From Camelus ferus (Eukaryota), in NCBI RefSeq assembly GCF_009834535.1, contig NC_045696.1, positions 99,450,001 through 99,514,000 on the forward strand: 64,000 nt of DNA. The letters are read 5' to 3'. How positions within the stretch are numbered: the stretch's first letter is position 1; the number at the start of each line of letters is the position of its first letter. This document shows positions 10,880 through 23,150 of the stretch, piece after piece. A program made the position numbers and the translations under genes. A model generated the notes under the pieces. It saw only the letters and a program-made list of their open reading frames with translations. It was not told where the DNA came from and ran no database searches.

Positions 10880-11569
10880 AAGAAGTATAGGGAAAATTTT
10901 AAAAAGTTAAAAAAGGTACCTATATATTGTTCTTTTTAAGTCCTACTTGGTAGAAAGCTAATAGAAAGGTAACACTATTTATTTTTTGCTTGAAAGGAGA
11001 AGTAATAATAAAGACCAGAGTATGAGGCAAAAACTTTATGGCTCGAATAAGAAGATTTTACGCTGACACGGGGAAGCATTATAATAGGAATGAAGGAATT
11101 GAGTAGAGTTAGACTTTTTAAGTCAGCAAAACTTTTCCTACAGAATTTTTCAATCAATCATTAAGAGATAGTTTTTAAGAATCCATAAACATTATAAGAA
11201 ATCTAAAGTGAGAATGGCACAAAGAAGGCTGAAGAAGCGAACCAGTGTTGTTTTCTGAGTTGATTGACATTGCCTTCTGCCTTGTAGGAAAGAAAAAAGA
11301 ACACAAAATAGTCACTCCCCCTAGGTATCAAGCACATAGTCCAATGAATTGTCCCTTTAAAATAGTATGTTGAGTGTGCACTCACTTTTCTATCTTGTGT
11401 AACCTGGGTGACTTCCCCGCTCCTAGGTCTAATGTCACTAACTCTTATTTAATGTTAGGACTCTCTACCTCCTAGCTTAAGTTGATCAGAAACTTCTCAC
11501 AGGAAGATAAAAGTGTTCACAGCAGTTTGTTTCGGATTATCCTCATCTGTTTGAAAAGTACGCATTCTG

Positions 11570-11810
11570 ATTAAGAACATAGACTTTAGCTTGCTGGTTT
11601 TCAAACCTGGTTCTGTTGCTGACTAGAAGTCTGACATTGGGGCAAGCTATTCAACCTCTCTGTGTGTTACAGTTTTCATCTGAAAAATGGGGTTAAAAAT
11701 TGTACTGACCTCATAGGACAATTCTGTGTCTTAACTATGTTAATATAGATAAATGTTGTTGAACTCTGCTTGACAAATAGCAGATACTCAACAGATGATA
11801 AATATTAGGT
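11570..11810 (+). mobile_element. MIR SINE
   Basis: 'ttcaaacctggttctgttgctgactag...ggggcaagctattcaacctctctgtg...cagttttcatctgaaaaatgggg' MIR core. Confidence 0.85.
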
Positions 11811-12194
11811 AACATTACTTTTTGCAAAGCACTGAGATGGACATCATACCACCTGGTCCTTGGTCCCAGTCGTATGTCTATGTGCTCTGGACCTTACGGC
11901 CTATTATAGTCCAGTTGTCTTTGAACTTCTAACACAGCACACCCAAGTGCACAGGAAATAACTGGCTGCACTCTCCTGCAAGTCTCTGGGTTTTGAGTGG
12001 TATTGACGATATAGTGGTTTAACCATTACCGCTCTTAGACTTACAGTATTTTAGATTTTGAAAACCGAAAACCTCAGGGGCCACAACATCTCACAGCCAC
12101 CAGTGTTTCTTCTAGAAAGGAAAATAAACATGTATTTAGTATACAGAATATTAGTTAAATTTTGGAGTTTGGTAGAAAGTGCTTTGTAAACTTC

Positions 12195-12700
12195 CTGTTG
12201 GGCATAGAACAGTAAACAAAACAGATTACAAGTCACTGCCCTGAAAAGTTGATATTCTAGTGGTGAGAAGCATGCAATGGAAAAAAAAACATGTAAATGG
12301 AATATATCTTGTGTTATCAGGGGATAAGTGTCAAGGGAAAAATAAATCAAGGAGGGAAAATAGGGCATGTCTAGAATGGGGCGGGGTGGCATTTGCAAAA
12401 GAAGGAAGGTTTCAATCCAAGTTTTTGATTGGACTACCAAGATTTTCACTGAAAAGATGAATTTGAGGAAAGAGCTGAAGGAGATGAGAGGGTGAGCCAT
12501 GAAGATCTTGGGGAAGGAACTGTCCTGGCAGAAGGAGCAACAAGTTCAAAGGTCCTGAGTTTGAACTGTGCCCGTTATGTTTGAGGATCAGCAAGGAGGA
12601 CGGTGTGGCTGAAGCCCAGTGAGCAATGTTGGTGTGGCAGGGGATGGCTTCAGAGAGACCACAGGGCCAGATCATGTGAGGTCTTGAGCATAAATATGCC
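12195..12700 (-). mobile_element. LINE-2 (L2a-like) 3' region
   Basis: Antisense L2 motifs 'cagtaaacaaaacaga...ctgccctg', 'gagggtgagccatgaagatcttggggaagg', 'ggccagatcatgtgaggtcttg'. Confidence 0.8.
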
Positions 12701-12785
12701 ATTTCTCTTTATTTTCTTCTAATTAACTTATATTATTCTATTATCAGTAAGTGCATTGAGTCTTTACACTTCCACTCCATTTTAA

Positions 12786-13135
12786 TTTTATGTATTTATT
12801 TATTGACATATAATCAGTTACCATATGTCAATTTCTGGTGTACAGCACAGTGTTTCTGTCGTGTGTATACATACATATATTCGTTTTCATATTCTTTTTC
12901 ACCATGGGTTGCTACAAGATATCAAATATAGTTCCCTGTGCTATACAGAGGACATTTTTTAATCTATTTTATACATAGTAGTTAATAGTAGCAAATCTTG
13001 AACTACCAGTTTATCCCCTTGCACCCCCTTTCCCCAGTAACCATAAGATTGTTGACTACCTCTGTGAGTCGGTTTCTGTCTTGTAGATGAGTTCATTCGT
13101 GTCCTCTTTTTTCTTTTTTTAGATTCCACATGTGC
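12786..13135 (-). mobile_element. 5'-truncated L1 3' UTR (artiodactyl/camelid type)
   Basis: 'tttattgacatataatcag...gttccctgtgctatacag...agattccacatg'; approximate TSD actcca(c)ttttaa at 12774-12785 and 13138-13150. Confidence 0.85.
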
Positions 13136-13159
13136 CTACTCCACTTTTAAATGACTCAA

Positions 13160-14030
13160 GAATCCCAGGGGTGGGTGACCCAGTTGCAGGAGTGCAGCTG
13201 ACAATTCTCTTCTATGCCAGAGGGCACTGGGCTCCTGTTAGGTCACGTCAGTGTTTCTACTTGCTTCCACACTGTCCTGTTCTTTCAGGGCAGTCTTCTG
13301 AGTCTGAGGGACACTTCTCAGACATGTCAGGTCCAAGCCACTGTCTCTTGTGGCAGGGCTCATGCTTAGACGCAGAAGATACCTCGCTCTTCATCCACAG
13401 TTGCATACTCAGTCAGTTTATCGCATCATGCCACCCGGGCCAAGGAGGCTGGGTCTGGCAGGGTAACTTCTAGCACCAGTCCTGGGCTGTGCCTCGTCTG
13501 GGTCTCTCCTGGACTCTTACCCCCTGACATGTGCCTACATGGCGGCAGCACCTCTCGGGGCCCATGGGGTGCCCTGGTGTGCATTTACAAAGGCATTTCC
13601 TCAGTGGCTTACTGATTAGTGACACTCATATGAGAATTAGGGAAAAGTCTTTCTCTCTTCTGGGTGTATATGGCTCATGGAAGGCTGAGTGAACATGTGC
13701 TGGACTTCAGCCCCAACCTATCATCTCTCCAGCCGGTGTCCTATGCTGGGCACAGTCCACCTAACCTTAAGTGGTGGTGCTGGCCTCGACTTTCTTCTTC
13801 AGGTCCTGGGACTCCTTGTACGAAGGAATCCAGTCCTTGCACAGTTATGTTCCCTGGGGCCTCAGGAAACATCAGACTTGGAAACAAGAAGGTTATACTT
13901 GAATCCCAGGGCAATGTTTGTATCCCTGGGCTACCTTTGAGAACCCAAAAGTTGACTACCAAATAATTTTTTTCTTGAACAAAGTCTGTGGTTTGTAACT
14001 CTAAACCTCTGAGATGCTAGCAGTTACAGT
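13160..14030. other. GC-richer block, possibly an old LTR element (family unassigned)
   Basis: Abrupt compositional change; right end 'gttaca' reads TGTAAC on the minus strand; family not recognised. Confidence 0.25.
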
Positions 14031-14225
14031 ATCTACTGAGTGGACTCTTTATTTAAATACTAATTCATATCTTCTCTCTTTTTTTTTCCTTTGTCAGTCT
14101 TGTTAGAAGTTTCTCATTTTTCCCCTATCTTTTCAAAGAACCAGTTTTGGTTTCAGTGATACTCTCTATTGTATTTTGATTTCAACTTCATTTATTTCTG
14201 TCCTTACGTGTATTACTTCCTTCTT

Positions 14226-14354
14226 TTTTTCTTTTGTATTTTTTTGTTTATTAAGGTATAGTCAGCTACGATGTTGTGTCAGCTTCTGGTGTACAGCACG
14301 ACGCTTCAGTCATTCAGGAGTATACGTACATTCGTTTTCATATTCTTGTTCACC
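14226..14354 (-). mobile_element. Very short L1 3' UTR insertion
   Basis: 'tttattaaggtatagtcag...tgtacagca...ttcgttttcatattctt'; TSD acttccttctt / acttacttctt at 14215-14225 and 14355-14365. Confidence 0.8.
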
Positions 14355-15100
14355 ACTTACTTCTTAGTTTGGATTTATTTTTACCTTTTAACATGAAAGG
14401 TTAGATTATTGGTTTGAAGACTTTTTTTTTTTCCTAATGTAAGCATTTGATGATATGAATTTCCCTCTCAGGCCTGCTTTAGTGGCATCTCACAAAGTTT
14501 TCTGTGTTGCATTTTTCTCTTTGTTCAGTTGAAAATGTTTCCTAACTTCTCTACAGATCTTTTCTTTGATCTATGGATTGTTGAGTAGTGTGTTGTTTAA
14601 TTTTCAAATATTTGGAGATTTTCCTTTATCTTTGTTACTAATCCCTAGTTTAATTTCATGATTTTCGGAGAACATACTTTGATTTAAATTCTTTTAAATG
14701 TATTAAGACTTGTTTTTTCATCTAGGATATTGTCTGTCTTGGTAAATATTCCATGTACAGTTGAAATAAATTGTTCTGTTGTTGGATGGAGTGTTCTTTT
14801 AAATATAAGTATAGTTTAGATCCAGTTGACTGACTGTGTCATTTAGTTTCTTCTATATCCTTGCTAAGTAGTTACTGCAGAGGAGTCTCGAAGTCTCTGA
14901 GTATAATTGTATATTTCTCTAGTTCTCTCTTTAGCTCCGGCAGTCTTTGCTGCTTGTATTTTGAAACTGACATTCCCTTTAAGATTGTTGTGTCTTCTCA
15001 GTGAGTTGACTCTTTTCATTTTGTAACGTTCACCTTTATCCTTAGTATTTTTCTTTGTTGCAAGGTGAACTTTATCTGATACTAACCTAAACACCCTGCT

Positions 15101-15359
15101 TTCTTTTTTTTTTTTTAAACATTCTTTATTGATTTATAATCATTTTACAATGTTGTGTCAAATTCCAGTGTAGAGCACAATTTTTCAGTTATACATGAAC
15201 ATATATATATTCGTTGTCACATTTTTTTCTCTGTGAGCTACCATAAGATCTTGTGTATATTTCCCTGTGCTATACAGTATAATCTTGTTTATCTATTCTA
15301 CAATTTTGAAATCCCGTCTATCCCTTCCCACCCCGTGCCCCCTGGTCAACCACAAGTTT
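15101..15359 (-). mobile_element. Young camelid L1 3' UTR insertion
   Basis: Poly(T) + 'aacattctttattgatttataatcattttacaatgttgtgtcaaattccagtg...'; exact 13-bp TSD taaacaccctgct at 15088-15100 and 15360-15372. Confidence 0.9.
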
Positions 15360-18049
15360 TAAACACCCTGCTACTTTTAAGTATGCATGGTGTATCTTTC
15401 TCCTTCCTTGTACGTTTAACTGACCTCTGTCATTACAGTTGAAGTAACTTTTCTGTAGACAGCAAATAGTTGGATCAGTTTTTTAAAATTATTCTTTCAA
15501 AGTCTCTCTTCTACAGTTACATGTACTCTATGTGTATCTGCCATAATTTAATTTATTTGGAACTTTGTCTCTCACTTCGTTTTGTTTGATTCCTGTTTCC
15601 CCTTCTTTGCCTCCTTTAGGGTTATTCTGAACATTTTTCATTATTCCATTTAAATGTATCTGTTATATTTTGACTATTTTCATATTTTCTTTAGTGGATG
15701 CCCTAGAGATTGCAATGTACATACTTAGCTTTTCACTGTCTACTTAGAATGAATATTTTACTGTTTGAAGTGGACTGTAGAAAACTCACAACAGTAAAGA
15801 TAAAGGCCATTATCTTCCTCCCTCTATATTGGATCTGTGTTTTGTGTCACATCCATATATTTAAAAACCTCTTCAGATAGTGTCATCATTTCTTTTGCTT
15901 TCAAATTTTACTCATGTTTGAAAGAACTCAATAGAAGAAGAGTCTGTTTACCCAGATATGTATCATTTTTTCTCACTTCATTTTTAATGTTACAAGGTCC
16001 TTTCTGGTATCATTTCCCTTAGGCCTGAAATACATTCTTTATCCAGTCTTTTAGAGCAGGTCATATGGCAACAAAATCTCTTAGTTCTCCTTTATTTCCC
16101 ATTTATTCCTGAAAGATATTTTTGCTGGATATAGAATTCTGAGTTGACGGCTCTTCTTTTTCAGGACTTTAAAAACATTGTTTCACTTCCTTCTGATTGC
16201 CACCATTTCTGATGTGAACTCTGAAGCTGCTTGACTCCTTATTCTCTTATTATTATGTCATTTTTCTTTGATTGCATTCAAGAGTTTTTCCTTTGTCTTC
16301 AGTTTTCAGCAGTTTAATTATGATGTATATGAGTATTGACTTGTTTTTATCCTGTTGGGGTGCACTGAAATTCTGCACTCTGTAGTTTCATGTCTTTTGC
16401 TAAATTTAGGAAGTTTTCAATCATTTCTTCAAAATTTTTCTGCATTATACTCTATCTTGTCTCCTGATAAGATTTCAATGATGCAAATGTTTTACTTTTT
16501 GGTAAGGTCCAACAGTCCCTGAGACTTGGTTCCTTTATTCTAATCTTTTCATGGTTTTTTTTTTTTCAGATTTAATACTTTTTTACTGATCTATTTTCAA
16601 AGTTCAATGATTCTTTCCTCTCTCATATCCATCTGCTATTGAACCCATCAAGTAGGTGTTTTATGTGTTACTGTATTTTTTATTTTTAAAATTTTCCTTT
16701 GTTTCTTCCATATATCTTCTATTTATTTTTTTCCCAGGATATTGTCTTTCCGTTTGCTTAAAGAGGTCATCCTTACTTCTTTGAGTATGATAATTATAGG
16801 GGATTTGAAGTGTCTTTTATTATTTCAAACTCTCATTCCTGTGCTGCTGTCTGTTGATTGACTTTTCTCAAGCAAGCAGAGATGTTCTGGTTCTTTATAT
16901 GCCAAGTAAATTTTGATCGTATCTTGGACATTTTGAATATTGTTACCAGACTTTAGGTCTTGTTTAAATCCTTCATTAGATGTTGGCACTTTTGTTTTAC
17001 AGGTTATTGACCTAGTTCAATTTAAGGCACAAGTTCCACCTAGTCTCTGTGGATGGTAGTTTCAATGTAAGTTTTGTTCTTAAAGATTTTTCAGTGTTAT
17101 TTGGATTTGTCTTCAGTGTGTGTCACCCATTGGCCAATCTGGAACTTGGGTGATGGTCTGTACTTTCAGTTTTCAAAGTCTCTGATGTCCTGAACAGCAT
17201 CAGATCCTGATGTGTACAGCTTAAGGGTAAGCCATGCTCATAAAGAGCTTTTTGGATTTCTCCTGATCCCAGGATCCCCTTTCCCAAGCTCCACCCTCTC
17301 CACAGTCTCCCAATACCTTCTGGTTCTCTGAGAGTTCTCTTTTTGGTCCTGCCACTAGAAAGCTGGTACTTCATTTGCTCTGCTCTTTTCATGACTGTGC
17401 CCATTTCTTGCAATAACAGAAAATAATAAAATAAAGGTCTCCCCATTCCCATTCCTCAGATAGTAGAGGCAGATTCCCTCCCATCAGAGTTTTAGGCTAC
17501 TGCAGACCTCCATATACACCACTGTCATTGCCACCCCACTTCTTAAGTTCTCTGAAGAATGGGGAAAAGAGAGAAAAATATGAAAAATTCCCTCACCCTC
17601 TCTGAGAACTGGGGATCTTTTTCTGCTCTTTGCACCAGAATTCGCTTCTTTCCTGTCTGTGTCAGTGTCCACTTCGTGTTTTGAATCATGCTGAGTTCAG
17701 ACTGGCAGATACCACTAGGGAAGAATAAGGTAACTTCACTGCCAGTTTGAAGGTACTTCTAATTTGGTATTCTTCCCCAGCACGCCTGGTACTATTTACT
17801 TTTCAGGGACTTAAAATAGATGTTGCATGTGTTCTGTTTAGGTTTTATAGATGCATTCAGAGAAAAAGATGGGATGGAGTGTGTTTATTCCATCTTAAGA
17901 AATGAAAGTCTTTATCCTATTTAAGTAAATATTGAAATAAGAATAAAGAAGGTTTTCCAAGGAAAGATGCACTGTTCCCATTTTAAAATTGAGTACAACC
18001 TATTTAAGTCAACCAGTTTGAGACCATTCTGATTGTTTTAGTTTTATTG

Positions 18050-18590
18050 TGTTGGAAGAAGTTAAGTCACGCAGGATACGGTTCAAGGAGGAAACTTAAA
18101 CATAGCCGTTCCCTGTTTACCTGCTAACTTCTTGTCTTCGGTTGGTAAAAAGCTCCTGATGGCCTTGCTCTGAAGCATGAGAGTGCACTAAGATAAGATA
18201 ATGTCAAAACCCAAACACAGGTCCTGCTAGAAATAATCAGAGCGCTTCTCTGCCCCTGGCATGAAAAATACATTCCTAAAGCTGTAACCACGAGATTACG
18301 CCAGATAACAATTCCTTAAAAATCTTGCAGCCTCACTGTCCAAACACCAGAATTCACCCAGTATGTGAAGAAAGTTAGATGTTGAGATAGACTGTAAGGT
18401 TGCTGTGCATTCCTGCACAAGAATGTTTGCATGTTTCTCTCTTATTTCAGAGCTTAGAGTGGCTCCCTGCATCACTCTGACGAGGTGTCAGAGCCATCTC
18501 CTGACTTCTCTCGCCTCTAGCAGCCCTCCTCGGAAGAATATCATTCATGCCTTGTGTCCTTTGCTACCTCCATACGCTGACTTAGCAACA
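18050..18590 (+). mobile_element. Probable ERV solo LTR
   Basis: 541-bp block bounded by inverted TGTTG...CAACA, with LTR-like content ('gataagataatg', 'agataacaattcc') and more CpGs than the flanks; no TSD seen, strand tentative. Confidence 0.5.
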
Positions 18591-18949
18591 GCCTGGTTCT
18601 TTACAGAGATTATCCTATTAAAATTAATATTTTAAAACATAGTTTATTTAATAGAGTGACCATAACTAAATAACGCCAATCTTTTTCACATGATTTTTAT
18701 CCATTGACAGGAATAGTTTCATTTAATTTATTGGCAAGTCTACAAATACCTCCGATGATTAATCTTCTCACTTCAAAGCACACAGATGCCAACAAATATG
18801 GCTTTTTGCCTTTTCCAAATTCATATCTGAATATTTGTTAAATGTCTTTGAATTTCTTTCTGTTCCCTAGTGAGAACGGATTGGGAGGAGGAACCCATCA
18901 CTACTATATTGATAGACACATTCATTTTTGCTTCCCTTCCTCCAGTTTT

Positions 18950-20380
18950 AGTGAAAGAGAGAACACTCGTCCTTCCTGAGGCTGCTTCCTCCGTGTTGGC
19001 TATGAATTCCATTTCCTCTTCACTCACCAGGAACCTTAGTGAGTCATTTGCTGCCTTTCTCCTATATTTTTAATCTCTCTCCCTCTCTGTCTCTTCATTG
19101 GGTCTACTTACGCAGATAGAGCTCCTGCTTAAAAATATCTTCCTTAGACACAGTTACTGGTGTCCCTTCAGTGACTCTGCTGTTTCTTTCATTGAGAATG
19201 TTGACATTTGCTATTTCACATTCTAATTTTGTATAAAATTTCAAATTCCTTGCCACCTGGCTTCCTCTTACAACCGGGCAATTAGAAGTGTCTCATGCCA
19301 AAATCACTGATAATCAAGTCACCTTTATTTTTTTTTTCCAGTTTTTATACTTCACAGCATTTTTCTTGGTTAGTCACTCCTTACTATTGTAAATTCATTT
19401 CTACAAGCTTAAATGATACCATGGTCTTTTGGTTTTTCCTTGGTTTTTCTGACTACTGTTTGTATACATTTTGGAATCTACTTTTCCCACTTTAATAATA
19501 ATTTATTTGAGTCTCATGGTTTCAGGTACTATATGTGAATGGCTTTGTAACATATATCTGTAGTCCATAGCGAGAAAGGGGGAGAGAGAGGAGGAGAGGT
19601 TCAGTCTTCTACTGGACACTACCCTTGGGCTATTCCCTGGGCACTTCAAATTCATTGTGTTCAAAACTGAGCTCATGCTAATAATAATAGTACACGTTTC
19701 CTCCTCTATTCACTACCTCAGTGAACCCTTCCAACCACACATTGTTCAAAATCTGTATTCTCTCATACCTCCATGGTTAATCTGCAACCACATCCTAATA
19801 ATTCTATTCTTAATTATCTTTTGACTTTTTTCTTTTTTTTTTCCCCCTTAATTCCATGGCTGTTTTCTTTGTTCAGGCCTCTGTAATTTCTTCTTTAAAT
19901 TATAGCACTCATCTCCTAACTGGTCTTCCATTCTCCTGTCTTGATCTTCTTCAGTCCACTGGCCACATTGCAGCCTAGTGAGTTTTCTAAATGGAACATT
20001 GGATCATATCATTCCTTTGCTCAAAACCTTCCAATGATCTTCCCAAACATTCAGAATAAAATGATGGTTTCTCAGTGTAATACACAAGGCCTCCTTGATC
20101 TAATTCCTACCACTTTTTTAGGAGGCCTCCTTTGCTTTGCCTTCACCTTTGCCAACCCCTGTCCCAGTCCCCACCTCTCCTAATATAGACTAGGCGCTTA
20201 TAGTTCACAATCCTGTAGTATCTCTCTCTGTGCCATTAGAGCCCTCACTACATGGTGTTGCCACTGCTATTTTTGTTGCCATTTAAATAAGGTCTAAGTC
20301 TAATTAATCTTTATATCTCTTTGTCCTTGCCTGAACATCAGTCTCTGGAACACTGGAATGTTTTTTGAATGCATGTATAA
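18950..20380 (+). mobile_element. LINE-2 long fragment
   Basis: L2 motifs 'gggcacttcaaattcattgtgttcaaaactgagctc', 'ctcctaactggtcttcc', 'gatcatatcattcctttgctcaaaaccttccaatg'. Confidence 0.8.
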
Positions 20381-21829
20381 AAGAATGGTTGAGAAGTTTT
20401 GAAATCCAAATGGAAGAATTTAAGTTCTTGAGCAGGGATGTGCCAAGAAAATCACTGAAGAATATTAGATGAAAAGATAAAGTGAGGGTATCTGGATGTA
20501 TGTAGAGATGGAGAGAAAACTGATAACCACAGCCTTTTTTGTAACAAGTGTGATGTCAAAAAGATCTGAAATGGTAGGTTGGCTGATTTACAAAATAACT
20601 AATGATTTCTTTTAAACTTAAATTATTAAGGGCCTAGAATGCTTTATGTCATCGGCCCCAGAAAAGATTACATGAATCAAGCTGCCATATTCTCAAAGCA
20701 GCATGTATCCCCAGTGTATGTATACATATATATAATTTTTATATCATAAATTTCATGTATTTTATTATATGTCATGATTAACATTGGGATGCAAAGAAAA
20801 CTAATACTTAAGCAGTATAAATCTTATGTGATTGTAATTTGTTTAAAGCAAGCTTCTTTTATGTTTTAATTTTTCCCTGTTGGGTCTTCTAGCTAGAAGA
20901 GCCTGAAGGGCTTCAAGTTGCCTGTTTATCTGTGGTGCTAAGCTCTGTTTTCTCCGTATGTCCTTGCCAAGTGCTGCCACGACTGTGCTTTTAAAATGAA
21001 GCACTTGGCTTGTTTATTTCATATCAATAGAAAGCTTAGAATAATTAAACTCCTTATGAAGTCAAGTTTAGAAAACTAGTATTTATTTAAACAGACTAGA
21101 AGTGCAGTATGTCATTTTGTTGCAGGTGTTAACATTTGTAGATTTGAACAATGTGATATTTATCTTCAAGTTTTATTATGCTTCAGTTTTAAACAGTTCA
21201 AAACTATGGATTTAACTGTTCCAAATTAAACAAGTATCACCCCCAAAATTGTTCGCCAGTATTTGTGCCAACAGAGAACAGTAGGTAGTGCCTATCACTC
21301 TGATTCTCATTGGTTAGTTTAGAAACTTTTCTTCGTCTCTTAGAGATGTTCTAGCATGTGATTTAAAAACAAATGGGCTTACCTTAAGCAAAAGAAGCTT
21401 CTTTTGTATTAACCTATGTACTTTGTTTTTCAACTCTTACAGTGCTTTCCCTCCTTCTTAATCCATATAAAACTGTTAACATTTTTTAATGGCCCATATT
21501 CTATTTGCAGGCTGATTATTTAGTTCAGTAAGCAATAAAAAGCATTAGCAGTCTCATATAATCCCCGAAGAGTTCCCTAGCAGGCAATGAACACAATATT
21601 CTTGTTAATGATTTTGACTAACCAGTCTTTATGGTGACATTGGATTTTGTGGTTACCACTTTATTTTATGAATAATCTCTATATGACTTTCAAAGGCAAA
21701 TAAGAATTTGATATTTATTACATCATGGTGAATTGTTTTCTTCTTCTAAGGGAAGTCATATTCTTTTTTTTTTAGTATCATGTTGTAAAATTATAAACTT
21801 GTTATTGAGTTACCCCACAAAAACTTTTT

Positions 21830-23150
21830 TAAAAAAACCTCTTTGTTACAAAGAACAGATACAGAAAAGTCACACCAATGTATGGCTTAATGGATTCTTT
21901 TAAGGCCTACATCGTTTTAACAACTCCCCAAGTTAAGAAACAGAATTTCAGCGCTCACCTCAGAAGCTCCTCAGTTGCCAGCTCCCAGTCATAACCCCTT
22001 CCCTTTCCCAAAGCCAACTACTATTTTGACTTTTATAGTCATCATGTCCTTATAGTTTACCACTGAAGTGTTCATCCTTGACATTATAGTTTAACCTTGC
22101 ACAATCTGAAAATTAAGTTTTTAATGAAGTTTCACTTAATCTACATATTCTTCCTGCATCTTTTTCTTTTCTTTACAATTTATTTGTTGAAGAACCTCGG
22201 GGGGACATTGACTGCAGTTCTTCGAGTTCTTCTGCAAAAACATATTCCCTGAAACTTGGCAGCTGGATTCACAGGCTTGATGAGACTCAGGTTTGCTAAC
22301 TCAGGTTATGCTTTCTCTCATCAAGAGGCATTTAATGCTCTTCTCCCTCTTTTTCTGATGTTAGCTGCCATTGATGCTCAGTGCCTAGATCTATTCATTT
22401 ATTGGGAGTTGCAAACAGTGATATTCTAGTTCTACCATCCCTTTTTCAGATGTCAGGTGTATGAAATAGACACTTCTCCTTATCTTTCTGGTGACCTAGG
22501 AGAACGGTTCATACAGGAAAGTCGGAATAAATAATTGATTCTTTTCCTTTAGTTGCCAGTTTTCGAGACGAGTTAACTCCCTGTTACCCTCAGAAGACGA
22601 CCTGTTAGTACTTTTTAAAATGTTATTATAAACTCATAGATGAAAGTATCTTTATTTTAATTGAAATTCTTCTCGAAGCTCAAATAGCTGTATCACTGGC
22701 CAGTGGGAGCCTCTCAAAGTTGGCGCCTGTCCTTTGACGTGATCCTAATAGTCTTGGACAGTTTCTTCTTTATCCAATATAACAATGTTCCAGGTTCATC
22801 TTTCCTGGACCTGGAATGACTAATTTCTCTAAGAAGTGCTAGTTTCTCGTAGAGGTAAACAATATTGCGAGGTCATTATCTGGGCATGAGGGAAACTTAG
22901 TCAGTCTTTCTAGGCTTATTCAGTGGAGAAAGCTGGGGTGCTTTACGCTCACTCACACACAGACACACACTCTTTCTCTCTCTCACAACATATTCTATGG
23001 TAATGCATATGAATTCATATTGATATTTTCTATTCAAACGTAGGACTACAGATTTTTTTATACATAATTTCCTTTATACTTTTCATTCATACTCCAAACT
23101 GAGAATCCTCTTTGTCAAAGACACAAGATCTGATGGAATTAGAATTACCT
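21830..23150 (-). mobile_element. Old L1 (L1MC/L1ME-type) 3' end fragments
   Basis: 'ccaagttaagaaacagaattt', 'tttatttgttgaagaacc', 'ggccagtgggagcctctcaaagttggc', 'ggacctggaatgactaatttctctaagaag'. Confidence 0.7.

Larger units (their letters stand above)
14055..17910 (-). mobile_element. Old L1M element (5' end, ORF1 and ORF2 endonuclease region), with two young L1 3' ends nested in it
   Basis: Antisense ORF2-EN motifs ('atcttttcaaagaaccagttttggtttca'), ORF1-region motifs ('gaaagatatttttgctggatatagaattctgagttgac'), and an L1M 5'-end-like terminus 'ggagtgtgtttattccatctt...gaaagtc'. Confidence 0.8.

Noticed and set aside
12051..12500. 149-aa hydrophobic ORF, the longest in the window
   Set aside because: Lies mostly within an L2 remnant; no recognisable domain or splice context
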